From Macrostomum hystrix (Eukaryota > Animalia > Platyhelminthes): DNA of 64,000 nucleotides. How positions within the stretch are numbered: the stretch's first letter is position 1; each line of letters opens with the position of its first letter. The notes below the pieces were generated by a model. That model searched no databases. It saw nothing but the letters and a program-made list of their open reading frames with translations, and was not told where the DNA came from. The translations under genes were made by a program, and so were the position numbers. The DNA lies in contig CATNEN010000039.1 in the NCBI GenBank assembly GCA_950097015.1, positions 2,046,001 to 2,110,000 of the forward strand, read 5' to 3'. Shown piece after piece: positions 1 through 13,121 of the stretch.

Positions 1-1025
1 CGTGTTTCATCTCACCCGTGTCTCATCTCTCCCGTGTCTCATCTCTCCCGTGTCTCATCTCTCCCGTGTCTCATCTCTCCCGTGTCTCATCTCTCCCGTG
101 TCTCATCTCTCCCGTGTCTCATCTCTCCCGTGTCTCATCTCTCCCGCGTCTCATCTCTCCCGTGTCTCATCTCTCTCATCTCTCTCGTCTCATCTCTCCA
201 GTGTCTGATCTCTTCCGTGTCTCATCTCTCCAGTGTCTCATCTCTCCCATGTCTCATCTCTCCCATGTCGCATCTCTCCCATGTCTCATCTCTCCCATGT
301 CTCATCTCTCCCGTATCATCTCTCCCGCGTCTCATCTCTCTCTCATCTCTCCCATGTCTCATCTCTCCCGTGTCTCATCTCTCCAGTGTCTCATCTCTCC
401 CATGTCTCATCTCTCCCATGTCTCATCTCTCCCATGTCTCATCTCTCCCATGTCTCATCTCTCCCATGTCTCATCTCTCCAGTGTCTCATCTCTCCCATG
501 TCTCATCTCTCCCATGACTCATCTCTCCAATGTCTCATCTCTCCCGTGTCTCATCTCTCCCGTGTCTCATCTCTCCCGCGTCTCATCTCTCCCGTGTCTC
601 ATCTCTCTCATCTCTCTCGTCTCATCTCTCCAGTGTCTGATCTCTTCCGTGTCTCATCTCTCCAGTGTCTCATCTCTCCCATGTCTCATCTCTCCCATGT
701 CTCATCTCTCCCATGTCTCATCTCTCCCATGTCTCATCTCTCCCGTGTCTCATCTCTCCCGCGTCTCATCTCTCTCTCATCTCTCCCATGTCTCATCTCT
801 CCCATGTCTCATCTCTCCAGTGTCTCATCTCTCCCATGTCTCATCTCTCCCATGTCTCATCTCTCCCATGTCTCATCTCTCCAGTGTCTCATCTCTCCCA
901 TGTCTCATCTCTCCCGTGTCATCTCTCCCGCGTCTCATCTCTCTCTCATCTCTCTCATCTCATCTCTCCAGTGTCTCATCTCTCCCGCGTCTCATCTCTC
1001 CCGCGTCTCATCTCTCCCGTGTCTG
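1..1025. repeat. 16-bp minisatellite (GTGTCTCATCTCTCCC and variants), ~60 units, probably intronic to the HS3ST gene
   Basis: Direct tandem repetition. Overlapping ORFs in all three + frames show a 16-aa period (SHLSRVSSLPCLISPV), as expected of a non-coding 16-bp unit. Confidence 0.95.
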
Positions 1026-1899
1026 ATTGTCAGATTTCAAGATCTAGGGAATCTAGGAATCTGGGAATCTTGTGATCTTGGAAATCTAAGGGATCTTGAA
1101 ATCTAGGGATTTGGGGAAATTTTAATTCAATTAGCTTGAAGCGCATGAGTAGAGGATGAGTAAAACAGCCGTTCAGCCGTATAAAAAGTGGCATGGCTCA
1201 CAAAAGGCAGATAAACTTAAACAGCTCAAGAGCTTCATGTCATCGTGAGCAAATTAGTCGCATCCTTTGAAGTGGGGCTTTTTGGATTATTTCGCGGACT
1301 GCCTTCCAGTCCAGTTGCTCGCACATTGATGAGGGTCTCTCTGATCAATCCCACCTAGCAACAATTCTTGACACGCAAGCTGGCTGAGAATCGCGCAAAG
1401 TCAAAGCTTGTTTGTTGCCATGCAGGAGGGACGGGACATGGTGGGAGATTGGGACCCCAGTCCAATTCAAGCGGAATTTGATTGAAGACGCGCGAATCTG
1501 GTTGGGGCCGGTGTTCCAACTCTGAGGCAGCTCTGAGATAATTTTCTTTTTTTGCAAAGCAAAAATTAGATTCGATACTTTATCTCTCTTTCTTAGAACT
1601 AAAAAGATGAAACAGATTAAAAAAAGTAATCAAATCCCATTGTTAACCGATACGAAATGGAATTTCAATCACAGAGCTTCGAATCCCAAAATGGCATGGC
1701 TGAAGTCTGTCTGAATGCAATTCTAGCTAGGAACAGTTAATAAGAGTATCTTGTGTCTTGTTCCAAAGCTCACGTAAAATAGAAAAATAACCTTCAGAAT
1801 TTAGTTAGGTCATGTGAGGAACAGAAAAAGCACAAAGCTAGAAACCAGAAACAATTTTTTTAAACCCAAACCAAAAAACTAAAAATCAAACCAGAAACT

Positions 1900-2170
1900 A
1901 GAAAACCCGAAACTCTAAACCCGAAACTCTAAACCCGAAACTCTAAACCCGAAACTCTAAACCCGAAACTCTAAACCGAAACTCTAAACCCGAAACTCTA
2001 AATCCGAAACCCTAAACCTGATTCTAGAAAACCCAAAACTAGAAAACCCGAAACTCTAAACCGAAACTCTAAACCGAAACTCTAAACCCGAAACTCTAAA
2101 CCCGAAACTCTAAATCCGAAACCCTAAACCTGAAACTAGAAAACCCAAAACTCTAAACCCGAAACTAGAA
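1900..2170. repeat. 14-bp minisatellite (CCCGAAACTCTAAA)n
   Basis: About 18 tandem units with occasional CCCTAAA and CTAGAAAA variants, ending ~50 bp before the splice acceptor at 2217-2218. Confidence 0.9.
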
Positions 2171-2218
2171 AAGTCGAATCTTGAAAGCTTGACAATGAAA
2201 CCCGGATCTCCTCGCCAG

Positions 2219-2975
2219 GAATCGGATGCCGCCCAGCCTGCCAGGCCAGCTGACGATGGAGAAGACTCCGGGCTACTTCATCTCGGAGTCAGCGCCGAGC
2301 CGAGTGTGGGCCATGAACTCCAGCACCCGGCTGGTGCTGGTGGTGCGCGAGCCGGTGTCCCGGATGCTCTCGGACTACGCCCAGGCGCTGGCCAACTCGG
2401 GCTCCAGCTTCGGTCGGCGGACTCGCGGCCGTCGTGGAGGTCGAAATCGAAATCGTCGCGGAAAGCGTCGAAACCACGGCAACAGGCAGCGTCAAAGATT
2501 GCCGCAAGCGGCCGTCAAACCGATCGAGAGCCTGGCGTTCAGGGCTCGGCCGGGCAGCAACTTGTCATCGCCAGCAGAGCTGGAGGTCGCCTCCAACTGG
2601 ACGGCCATTCGAATCGGCGAATACGCCCGCCACCTGGCCAACTGGCTGGCCGTGTTTCCCCGGCGCCAGATTCTGGTCTTGTCCGGCGAGCGCCTCGTCG
2701 CGGACCCCGGCGCGGTGCTGGAGGAGCTGCAGCGCTTCCTCGGCCTGGAAGTCGTCATCACCAGGCGACACTTTTACTACGACAGGCGCAAGGGCTTCCA
2801 CTGCCAGAAGAAGGCCGGCCGGGGCGGCAAGCCGCGCTGTTTGGCGGGCGACAAGGGCCGGCGGCATCCCCAGCTGGCCCCGGATCTGTTGCGCCGGCTG
2901 AGAGCCTTCTACGCGCCGAAGAATCGACAGTTCTACGCAATGGCGGGCGTGGATTTCGGCTGGCCGGAGCTTTGA
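2219..2975 (+). CDS. HS3ST: Heparan sulfate glucosamine 3-O-sulfotransferase (HS3ST family), last coding exon; upstream exon(s) lie outside the window
   Basis: Motifs MP..(L)TMEKTPGYF, 3'-PAPS-binding LVVREPVSRMLSDY, GEYARHLANWLAVFPRRQILVLSGE, KGFHC...CL...KGRRHP and terminal FY.P.N..FY...G..FGW. Acceptor CAG at 2216-2218 is phase 2, which fits the WYR intron typical of this family. The 5'-PSB motif is absent, so the gene is partial. Confidence 0.92.
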
Positions 2976-3074
2976 AGCCCCGGGAGCGAATCTCGGAATT
3001 ACATTGCACCAGGCTGAGCACAATGCCCCTATTAGCTTTAAGCCCTCTAAGGCTGAGCGCCGCTAACTTTATTG

Positions 3075-3190
3075 ATAGAATAGAATTAGAATAGAAAAGA
3101 AAAGAATAGAGTAGAATAGAATAGAATCGGCTGCGATTCGAACTCCTGACCTTTCGGTTGGGAGGCCGAAGCTCTATCCAATAGCATCAA
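3075..3190 (-). mobile_element. Short tRNA-derived SINE-like fragment with (CTATT)n tail
   Basis: Minus strand reads ...TTGGATAGAGC TTCGGCCTCCCAACCGAA AGGTCAGGA GTTCGAATC..., i.e. A-box-like and B-box motifs, followed by the microsatellite at 3075-3126. No proper acceptor stem is visible. Confidence 0.5.
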
Positions 3191-4424
3191 ACAGCCTGTA
3201 GATCAGAGAAGAACAGGTTGTGCTGTCCTCTTCGTGAACATCGATTATAAATCTTGTTGGCATCCTTTTTTAAATTGGCAGGCATTGTGCTTCGGTTATT
3301 CAAATTCCTGACATTTAGTCTGGGGTGGTTGAACAGTATAAAGAGCCAAATTTTGAAATGGCCCCCGTGGTCTTGTGTGGTGTTTCTACTGTTTAGTTCC
3401 CTGCTGCAGCCGCATAATCTTTCATAATCCCAGTTGTTATAAGCGCGAGAGTCTGTCCCAGACTGCTGACAGAGTTATTGAAATCTCACGCAGTAATCTT
3501 GCCTGCTACATTCAGTGACTACCTCAGCCCGAGTCCTGTGAACATTATTTTGCCTCTCATTTGGGACACAGGCGCCCAGGTGCAGCCTCTGTGATTGCTG
3601 TTGTTACACCTATCTATGATGTGTCTATTTGCCCAGCTGTTCTGCAACATTCAATTTCTAATTTGTTACCCGACCAAAAGTGACTTGTGAGTTCGGCGCA
3701 AGTTTTAGTGCGACGATGGGAATTAATTGGGACGTCTCTGGCGGTCCAACGGGGGGATAAATATCCCAGGGGAAATCTTCCACTTGAAAGTTAAATTTTA
3801 TTTTTGGGCGTATTAGAAACTTTCCTTTCGCTGTCAAGTCAGGTCAGGTCGTCTCAGTCTGAGCACATCTTGCAGACTAGCAGTTCGCTTGGATGCTCTT
3901 CATCAGAACACTAAATATCGAAGCCCTTAGCAACTAAAAAGCACTCAGAAACTGACTGGGACAGGTCGCTGGAAGGCCCTCCAGCGACTTTACGTCACAA
4001 GAGCTTTCTCAATAGCTGGTTAATCCAGTAAGATTTTTTTTTGACTCTCCATCGTCTCGTGGGGGGCGGAAAATCTCCAGCAGGAGAATCAATAACCCCT
4101 GACCCATCGAGGACCCGGGTCTGGCGAGCTTGACCTCGCCAACCCACCCGACCCTGCCATTGCGGTCAACTCAGCGATCCCGTTGGAGACCAACTCTTCA
4201 AAGCCCCGAAATTTCTCACACAGCCTTCCTCAAGCTCGAGCTGTGATCCTCGTGTTGGGGAGAAATTGTGAGTAATTGAAATTTATTCCCCAGTGGATCG
4301 CCAGTCTGACAGCCAGCCTCCATAAATTGTGTGAGAAGGGAAATTAACGAGTCTCTGGACTTTCACGAAAATATGAATCACACGTCTTCACCTTCTCATA
4401 AGTCTCATTCCTTTACATGCCATT

Positions 4425-5150
4425 CTTACCTACCTCATCTCCTATCTCATCTCCTATCTCATCTCCTCTCTCATCTCCTGTCTCATCTCCTACCTCATCT
4501 CCTCTCTCATCTCCTATCTCAACTCCTCTCTCATCTCCTGTCTCATCTCCTGTCTCATCTACTCTCTCATCTCCTATCTCATCTCCTCTCTCATCTCCTG
4601 TCTCATCTCCTCTCTCATCTCCTGTCTCATCTCCTGTCTCATCTCCTGTCTCATCTCCGGTCTCATATCCTATCTCATCTCCTGTCTCATCTCCTACCTC
4701 ATCTTCTATCTCAACTCCTATCTCATATCCTGTCTCATCTCCTGTCTCATCTCCTGTCTCATATCCTCTCTCATCTCCTATCTCATCTCTTATCTTATCA
4801 CTTATCTCATATCCTATCTTATATTCTATCTTATCTGCTGTCTCATCTCCTATCTCATCTCTTATCTTATTTCCTATCTTATCTCCTATCGTATGCCCTA
4901 TCTCCTATCTCATCTCTTATCTTATTTCCTATCTTATCTCCTATCGTATGCCCTATCTCTTGTACATCTCCTATCTTATTTCCTGTCTCATCTCCTGTCT
5001 CATCTCTTATCTTATTTCCTATCTTATCTCCTATCGTATGCCCTATTTCCTGTCTCATCTCCTATCTCATCTCTTATCTTATTTCCTATCTTATCTCCTA
5101 TCGTATGCCCTATATCCTGTCTCATCTCCTGTCCCATTTTCTGTCTCATA
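4425..5150. repeat. 12-bp minisatellite (TCATCTCCTGTC) grading into a degenerate higher-order repeat
   Basis: Direct tandem repetition; low-complexity SHLL/SSPV pseudo-ORFs. Confidence 0.92.
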
Positions 5151-5604
5151 AAACAACCGATCTCATTCCATAGTGAATTCTAGGCTTTTTCAAACCTTTA
5201 TGCTGGATCTAAAACGTCAAGCAAGTCTCAAGCGAATAATCATGTTTTTTCAGTTACTTATTTTCTGCACTTCATCAAAACAAAAAGTAATGTTCTAAAA
5301 GCGCACCGATTTGAATGTTCTTATTTTATTTTTAGCCATGCACAAGCAACCAGAAAAGCTGTCGAACATATCTCGATGTACATATTGTGAATTGTCCTTT
5401 TCAATGCCTAAATTGCCTGCATATTTCTTAGAAAAATCCACCCCTATTAAAGCAGTATTTTTTGTTGAAAATTGCTTCATTTAACATATAATACCAACAC
5501 AGAGTAAAAATTAATTCAGAAAGCAGTTTACGATTCGTGTTGTACTATGCTGAATCATTGACTCCACTTCTGTATCAGTTTTACAGTGTATTACCTGAAT
5601 GTCA

Positions 5605-6062
5605 GGCTGTATATTGTTAAATTCAGGTGGGATATTGTTACATTCAGGTGGGATATTGTTACATTCAGGTGGGATATTGTTACATTCAGGTGGGATATTG
5701 TTACATTCAGGTGGGATATTGTTACATTCAGGTCGGATATTGTTACATTCAGGTGGGATATTGTTATATTCAGGTGGGATATTGTTATATTCAGGTGGGA
5801 TATTGTTATATTCAGGTGGGATATTGTTAAATTCAGGTGGGATATTGTTAAATTCAGGTGGGATATTGTTACATTCAGGTCGGATATTGTTACATTCAGG
5901 TCGGATATTGTTACATTCAGGTCGGATATTGTTACATTCAGGTGGGATATTGTTACATTCAGGTGGGGTATTGTTAAATTCAGGTGGGATATTGTTACAT
6001 TCAGGTGGGATATTGTTACATTCAGGTGGGGTATTGGTACATTCAGGTGAGATATTGGTGCA
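5605..6062. repeat. 21-bp minisatellite (GGGATATTGTTACATTCAGGT), ~21 units
   Basis: Direct tandem repetition; 7-aa periodic ORFs on both strands. Confidence 0.95.
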
Positions 6063-7794
6063 TTCTATTGAGAAAATTTCAATAAAAGCAGAAAAGTAGA
6101 CAATTATTCCACAGAACAATCTAGATACACAATGCCAAAGTTGTTGAGTATCCATCCAGTGCTGATAAAAATATTTTATTGTAGCTCTGACTAGAGCTGA
6201 GCAGCGAAACACGAAATGCCTGGCATGGGGGCAACAATGGCCTGCCAACCACCCCACCCTGATGCATATCAGGTGTCGAGTCGAGCAGAGCGTCAAAGCG
6301 ACAACCCCAAAGCCTCACCTGAGCTCTTAGTTGAGTAACAACCGCTAGTAGACTTTCAGCAATGCTAGCAAATCGTGAGCACACACGCACACACGCCCAA
6401 ACACAGATCTGCAAGTTGTCATGTGTAAGCACTTCTCAGGCTAAATTAGCTTGCCTACGAAATGCGTTTGGTGGTCAGTCAAGCGGAAAACACACACAGA
6501 AGCAGACAGGCAGACAGTAAAGCCAGGCTGCAAATTGTGAAAGGAGACATTGCAACGGGCTGGCTTGGCTAAGAAGATGGCTGAGCAGTCATTTTGCACA
6601 TTTGACTTGCAGTCCGCTCAGGCGTGCAAATCAATCCCGCATTCAGCCAAGTGATACAAATTTGTAACTCTTTCACATTGCCCAGCTGAGGCCAGTTGAG
6701 TCGTGAAATCATGTCGTGTTGCTCACGTTTTTAACATCATTTTTCTCATCTCATTTGTTATTAGATATATCATGACAAAGTTATATAACTAACTATTAGA
6801 TTGATTAATATCTCATATATTACATTATAGTATATTAAACATACGTAGGACTACCAAGCCATTTTGCCACCCAAGGGGGGATTCCGCTAGAAATTTTCTT
6901 GGCAGCGCCCGAATGCTAACAGCGTTTGGAGGTGCCAGACTAGGCGATGGCGTCCTGCGGTTGAGCTGCGCCTAATAGTTAGGCTTGATCAGTGAAATTG
7001 GAGAAATTCGCGTCAGTGTGTCCATAGTGGCCTATTTTCACCTGTTGTAGCCTTTGAAAGTCCAACAGTCTGTCTGGATAAATAAAAATTTTGGTGACCA
7101 CCAAAGAAGGAGATGATGCAGGCACATTCGGGTGACATGCCGACAAATTTTTGAAGGCCTGGCAAGGCCGCACTGAGGCGCAGTGCTAATTCGTGTATAA
7201 GGGGTGTACGAAACACACTAGCGCTTATGGGAAAAATCTGACCTTCGGCCAGAACCATTGAATATCTCGACGGTCTGAAAAGCTTCTTCTTCCCACTTCT
7301 CCACAACTTCCCTCCTCCCCTTAACCTTCCTCATCCTTCTACCGTTCCTCCCCAGGAGTTCACAAGGCCGCCCTAATTCACTGCTCTTTTTCCCATCCAA
7401 CCAAGTAATCCCATTGTCTCTTAATCAGTTGAATCCCCACTGGGGGATGGGAAGGACTGGAAAAGGGTGTAATAATTGCCGGGGCCGACAATGGCATGTA
7501 GATATAAAAATATACATGTATAAAGGCGGCACAGACGACACAATCTGACAAAGACCACCCAAAGGCTTCAAAAGGCACGGAGAGTCTTTGTTTTCGGATA
7601 AAAAGCGCATGTATTTATAGTACTGAAACACTTGATAAATGCATATTTGTTTTTAGACGGCTTGGTTGCTTTTTATCTGAATTTAAAAGGCTTTAACAGG
7701 ATTGATCAGCCAATTCTAAATGGCTTTTTTTCTGCGGGCGGGCAAACCCCGACCCGAGGGCCTGACACGGCCCGGTAAGGTCCAAAATATCACT

Positions 7795-8840
7795 CCTGTC
7801 CCATCTCTCCCGTGTCTCATCTCTCCCGTGTCTTATCTCTCTCGTGTCTTATCTCTCTCGTGTCTTATCTCTCTCGTGTCTATCTCTCACCTGTCTCATC
7901 TCTCACCTGTCTCATCTCTCACCTGTCTCATATCTCACCTGTCTCATCTCTCACCTGTCTCATCTCTCACCTGTCTCATCTCTCACCTGTCTCATCTCTC
8001 ACCTGTCTCATCTCTCACCTGTCTCATCTCTCCCATGTCTCATCTCTCACCTGTCTCATCTCTCACCTGTCTCATCTCTCACCTGTCTCATCTCTCCCGT
8101 GTCTTATCTCTCTCGTGTCTTATCTCTCTCGTGTCTATCTCTCACCTGTCTCATCTCTCACCTGTCTCATCTCTCACCTGTCTCATATCTCACCTGTCTC
8201 ATCTCTCACCTGTCTCATCTCTCACCTGTCTCATCTCTCACCTGTCTCATCTCTCACCTGTCTCATCTCTCACCTGTCTCATCTCTCCCATGTCTCATCT
8301 CTCACCTGTCTCATCTCTCACCTGTCTCATCTCTCCCGTGTCTTATCTCTCTCGTGTCTATCTCTCACCTGTCTCATCTCTCACCTGTCTCATATCTCAC
8401 CTGTCTCATCTCTCACCTGTCTCATCTCTCACCTGTCTCATCTCTCACCTGTCTCATCTCTCACCTGTCTATCTCTCACCTGTCTCATCTCTCACCTGTC
8501 TTATCTCTCACCTGTCTCATCTCTCACCTGTCTCATCTCTCACCTGTCTCATCTCTCACCTGTCTCATCTCTCCCATGTCTCATCTCTCACCTGTCTCAT
8601 CTCTCACCTGTCTCATCTCTCCCATGTCTCATCTCTCACCTGTCTCATCTCTCACCTGTCTCATCTCTCCCATGTCTCATCTCTCACCTGTCTCATCTCT
8701 CACCTGTCTCATCTCTCCCATGTCTCATCTCTCACCTGTCTCATCTCTCACCTGTCTCATCTCTCCCATGTCTCATCTTTCTCGTGTCACATCTCTACCG
8801 GGTCTCGTCTCTCCTAGGTCTCATCTCTCCAGTGCCTCAT
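7795..8840. repeat. 16-bp minisatellite (CTGTCTCATCTCTCAC), related to the array at 1-1025
   Basis: Direct tandem repetition, ~60 units, interspersed with ...CTCTCCCATGT units identical to those at 1-1025. Confidence 0.95.
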
Positions 8841-9719
8841 CTCTTTCTGTTTTATCATACTAGCAGCTTCTCAGACAATATAAGTTGCGCCTAGCCTAGT
8901 TGAACCAGTTTTACAGTCCATGGCGCGACCGCAGCTATTTCAAGGTTCATCTAAAGGCCGTACAGCTGTTCAGTCCATGGACTGATGCTGATTTCTAGCC
9001 TCAGTTTGCACAATAAAGTGAAGAAAGCATTGCTCCATCTGCGGCAATTTGAGCAGTTAAAAATCAGTTGCAACTGTCTCACAATCCCATTGCCATCCGC
9101 TGAGTCATGCCTAAGCTATAACGCGCTGGTTAAAGTAGCACAATGGGCTGAACCAGCAGTTTATCGGGCCAGTTGGCTACAATTAATTTGCCCTGTGAAT
9201 TGGACAAGCCAACTGACTGCAGTCGGATTGCTGTCGGAGTGTCGGGGAGGTGTCGCCGCAGCCTCTTCTCATTGACACAATGCCAGCGCTTTTTTTCTGA
9301 CGTTCCGCGCGCGCGCAAAAAAAATTTCCCGCTGCACCTGTGTTCTCAGCCTCCATTATCCTCCAACCCCACATTGCCTCCCATCCCTCAGTGAGCAGTC
9401 TGGGTGGCTGCAGTCACAGCTCCAGTTTGTGAATGAGCTAGAGAGTCAACGGGACTCCCACCTGGGCAGTGCAAGCATTTCTACCTGACAACCGTGTGTG
9501 CCTCAGCTATACCCGCCTGTCTGCCTCGCCTCCGTTCTCTTTATGTCACACTTTGTTTTAGAAATCAAAGCGCAGATGTTTGACTTTTCGAGGTATATCA
9601 GACGACACATGATATCTACTATTTACATCGTTTTTTTTTAAAATGGGACTTACAGCAAGTAGCAATCTTCTAGACTGTCACTGTCATCGATTCGTTCCAT
9701 CCTATTCAATCATTCCTCC

Positions 9720-10360
9720 ACATTCTTTCCCTTCCCTCCACCCTCTTCCCTCCACCCTCTTCCCTCTACCCTCTTCCCTCCACCCTCTTCCATCTACCCT
9801 CTTCCGACCACCCTCTTCCCTACACCCTTTTCCCTCCAACTTCTCCTCTCTACCGTCTTCCCTCCACCCTCTTCCCTCCACCCTCTTCCCTCTACCCTCT
9901 TCCCTCTTCCCTCTTCCCTCGACCCTCTTCCCTCCACCCTCTTCCCTCTACCCTCTTCCCACCACCCTCTTCCTTCCACCCTCTTACCTCCAACCATTTC
10001 CCTCTACCCTCTTCCCTCCACACTCTTCCCTACACCCTTTTCCCTCCAACTTCTCCTCTCTACCCTCTTCCCTCCAACTTCTCCTCTCTACCCTCTTCCC
10101 TCCAACTTCTCCTCTCTACCCTCTTCCCTCCACCCTCTTCCCTCCACCCTCTTCCCTCCAACCTCTTCCCTCTACCCTCTTCCCTCTACCCTCTTCCCTC
10201 TACCCTCTTCCCTCCACCCTCTTCCCTCCACCCTCTTCCCTCCACACTCTTCCCTTTACCCTCTTCCCTCTACCCTCTTCCCTCTACCCTCTTCCCTCCA
10301 CCCTCTTCCCTCCACCCTCTTCCTTCCACCCTCTTCCAACCACCCTCTTCCCTCCACCCA
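9720..10360. repeat. Polypyrimidine minisatellite (CCCTCTTCCCTCCA/TA, ~14 bp)
   Basis: Near-pure C/T tract with a ~14-bp period. Confidence 0.9.
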
Positions 10361-10789
10361 TACAAGAATGAGTGCCTGTTCGCTATAAAATGTTCCTAGC
10401 ATTACTTTCTAGTCTGCTGTCTTGTTATTTTTTTCTAACTGAAAAAGCAATCGGTCTTCTCGCCGGCTCATTCGTGTCTGATGCAGGAGGAATGAGGCGA
10501 TGGGATTGCTGCAAATTAGCTGAGGGTGGGGGGCGCTGGCGCATTGGCCGACAACGGTAGCCGTGCGCAATGAAAATTTGATGAGCCGCCTAGCCTGTCT
10601 CACAAGCCACCACTCAGTAGTGCAATGGCGTGAGGCTTTCTTTTAGGCTGTATCTGAGCACTTTCACATAGCCAGTTGAAAGTCTAAAATGATCAAGTAA
10701 ATAAGTCTGCCAATGTTTTCTACCATTGACTCTCAGTCTTGTGTGTCCGTCTGTCTGTCCTTTCTTGCAACTGACTGAATTTAATTGTC

Positions 10790-11710
10790 TCTCTTCCATA
10801 TCTACATCTTATCCCTTATCCTCCTCCATCTCACTTCCCTCTCCATCACTTCCCTCTCCATCCCTTCCACTTCCTCTCTTCTTCCCCTCTCCCTCCCCCT
10901 TCCTCTCTCCTTTCCCTCCCCCTCGTCTCTCCTTCCTCTCTGCTTCCTCTCTCCTTCTGCTCCCCTTCCCCTCTCCTTCCCCTCTCCTTCCCCTCTCCTT
11001 CCTCTCTCCTTCCCCTCTCCTTCCTCTCTCCTTCCTCTCTCCTTCCCCTCTCCTTCCTCTCTCCTTCCTCTCTCCTTCCTCTCTCCTTCCCCTCTAATTC
11101 CTCTCTCCTTCCCCTCTCCTTCCTCTCTCCTTCCTCTCTCCTTCCTCTCTCCTTCCCCTCTAATTCCTCTCTCCTTCCCCTCTCCTTCCTCTCTCCTTCC
11201 TCTCTCCTTCTGCTCCCCTTCCCCTCTCCTTCACCTCTCCTTCCCCTCTCCTTCCTCTCTCCTTCCACTCCCCTTCCTCTCTCCTTTCCCTCCCCCTCGT
11301 CTCTCCTTCCTCTCTGCTTCCTCTCTCCTTCTGCTCCCCTTCCCCTCTCCTTCCTCTCTCCTTCCTCTCTCCTTCCCCTCTAATTCCTCTCTCCTTCATC
11401 TCTCCTTCCTTTCTCCTTCCCCTCTAATTCCTCTCTCCTTCCCCTCTAATTCCTCTCTCCTTCCCCTCTCCTTCCTCTCTCCTTCCTCTCTCCTTCCTCT
11501 CTCCTTCCTCTCTCCTTCCTCTCTCCTTCCTCTCTCCTTCCTCTCCCCTTCCCCTCTAATTCCTCTCTCCTTCCTCTCTCCTTCTGCTCCCCTTCCCCTC
11601 TCCTTCACCTCTCCTTCCCCTCTCCTTCCTCTCCCCTCCCTCTCTCCTGCTGTCTCTTTCTCCCCTCTCCTTCCCTCCCATCCCTCTCACCCCTTCTCTT
11701 CCTCCTCGCC
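10790..11710. repeat. Polypyrimidine low-complexity repeat (CCTCTCTCCTT, ~11 bp) with internal duplications
   Basis: Near-pure C/T tract. The segment near 10895-11000 recurs near 11270-11370. Confidence 0.9.
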
Positions 11711-13121
11711 TCATGTTTTGAGATTCTCCAAAACACTTTGTCTCCTCAGTCACGCGTGCAATTGTGTCGAGTCTTCCTACCCAACAAAAAGGCTGCCTCA
11801 TCAGCGTGCATTAGTTTATTCTCACCTCCATCATCAGGTCACTCACTGCCTAGCCCAGCAATTTAATGAACAAATCGATTTAGCTTTGTAAAGTTTCAAC
11901 AATCGATCAATATATTCTCACTAAAGCGCCGCTGGCGTGTTCTGAAGTGAGTCCCATCTGTTTTGGCTGCAGAATTGAGCCACAGGCCATTAGCGCTGAG
12001 CGGGATCTACACACAATAGCGACTCAACAGCCAACCTATGATGTTTAGTTTTTTAATTGCAGAATCTCAAGGTCGAACAAAGCAACTCTCTCATTGTTTA
12101 GAGATTCATTTGCGCAGTAAAGTACAAATTCTACATCGGAGGTAGCCGAGAGAGAGGAAACCTGGAGGAATTCGATATCCCTGTCAGCTAAATCCTTTTT
12201 TTCGCTTCTCAAATCGAAGAAGTCAAAGTAGCGTCTTCTGTGCTCATCTTGAGATAATCTTGAATCAGAGCAATGCTCCAGCTGCAGACGTTTCTGGCGC
12301 TGAAATCAGCAGGTCGGCTCTTCTAGAAGCAGAACAAGATTGAGATTGCTCTCCTGTTCTCAGCTCTACTCTCGGCCGGCAATTAAAAGCCGTCACAGAA
12401 GCCCGACTGAAAATAGTCACAGAGAGCGGAGAAGCTGCAAAATTCGAGATGAGAAAAGGTGAGCCGCCGGTGGCGCCTCGATTGCGTGACGCCTCTTTGA
12501 CTGAAAGAAGAAAAATTGATAGCCTATCCTGCCTTCAAATTTTCAGTTTCTTCACAAGCCTCCGACTTTTTAATGAAGTCGGGACCAGTTTTTCACGCTG
12601 AGACAAGATTTCAGTGTAGCACACGGCACCACACGAAATTGATCACGTGTTCCGGCTCGGATGGACCTTCTGGCTGCATTCCGTGTACTTTAACATTAAG
12701 ACCAGGTATTTCAAATACTCACTGCCTTCTTCACAATAGCTCCCGAACCGAATTACAGTTTTTTGTGAGCGTCCTTCTGCACGCCGATGCTCCGAACGCT
12801 GATGAAGGGGAACATGGTGACTGGGATGCTGAGAACAAAAGTCCCTGGGATTGATCGACATAGTTTGTGGAGCCGACATGGTTACATGTCGAGCCTACTG
12901 TTAAAGAATATGATTTTTAATAGAAATAGCCAGTGAGTTAATCTCTTTTTGTAGTACATTGGTCGAGTGTGTTATTGAACTTTTACATGTAAATACCCTC
13001 AGGAAACTACTTATAATAAACAGCGAGTAGTCCGCAGTGAAACTCAGGTCACCGCATGAGCTCTACGAGATTTGTCTATCTCAATTAGGCCCAATGACAC
13101 CAGCGGCACAGATCTGCGTTA

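Noticed and set aside
2189-3094. 301-aa ORF overlapping HS3ST and other shadow ORFs over GC-rich exons
   Set aside because: Alternative-frame artefacts of high GC content; only the 2226 frame carries family motifs.
3127-3190. Functional tRNA genes here and at 25600 and 62385-62450
   Set aside because: A/B boxes are present but there is no complete cloverleaf, and each continues into a repeat body or tail, so they are called SINE heads.
3300-4400. Possible solo LTR or retroelement remnant (TGTAACA-like ends)
   Set aside because: No second LTR, PBS, PPT or coding motif could be identified by eye.
6840-7790. Possible DNA-transposon remnant with a GC-rich end near 7730-7790
   Set aside because: No terminal inverted repeat pair, TSD or transposase motif could be established.
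18-11891. Long low-complexity ORFs (SHLS.., SHLL.., PECNNI.., LPSSL..)
   Set aside because: They are translations of minisatellites open in several frames at once, with no domain or splice evidence.
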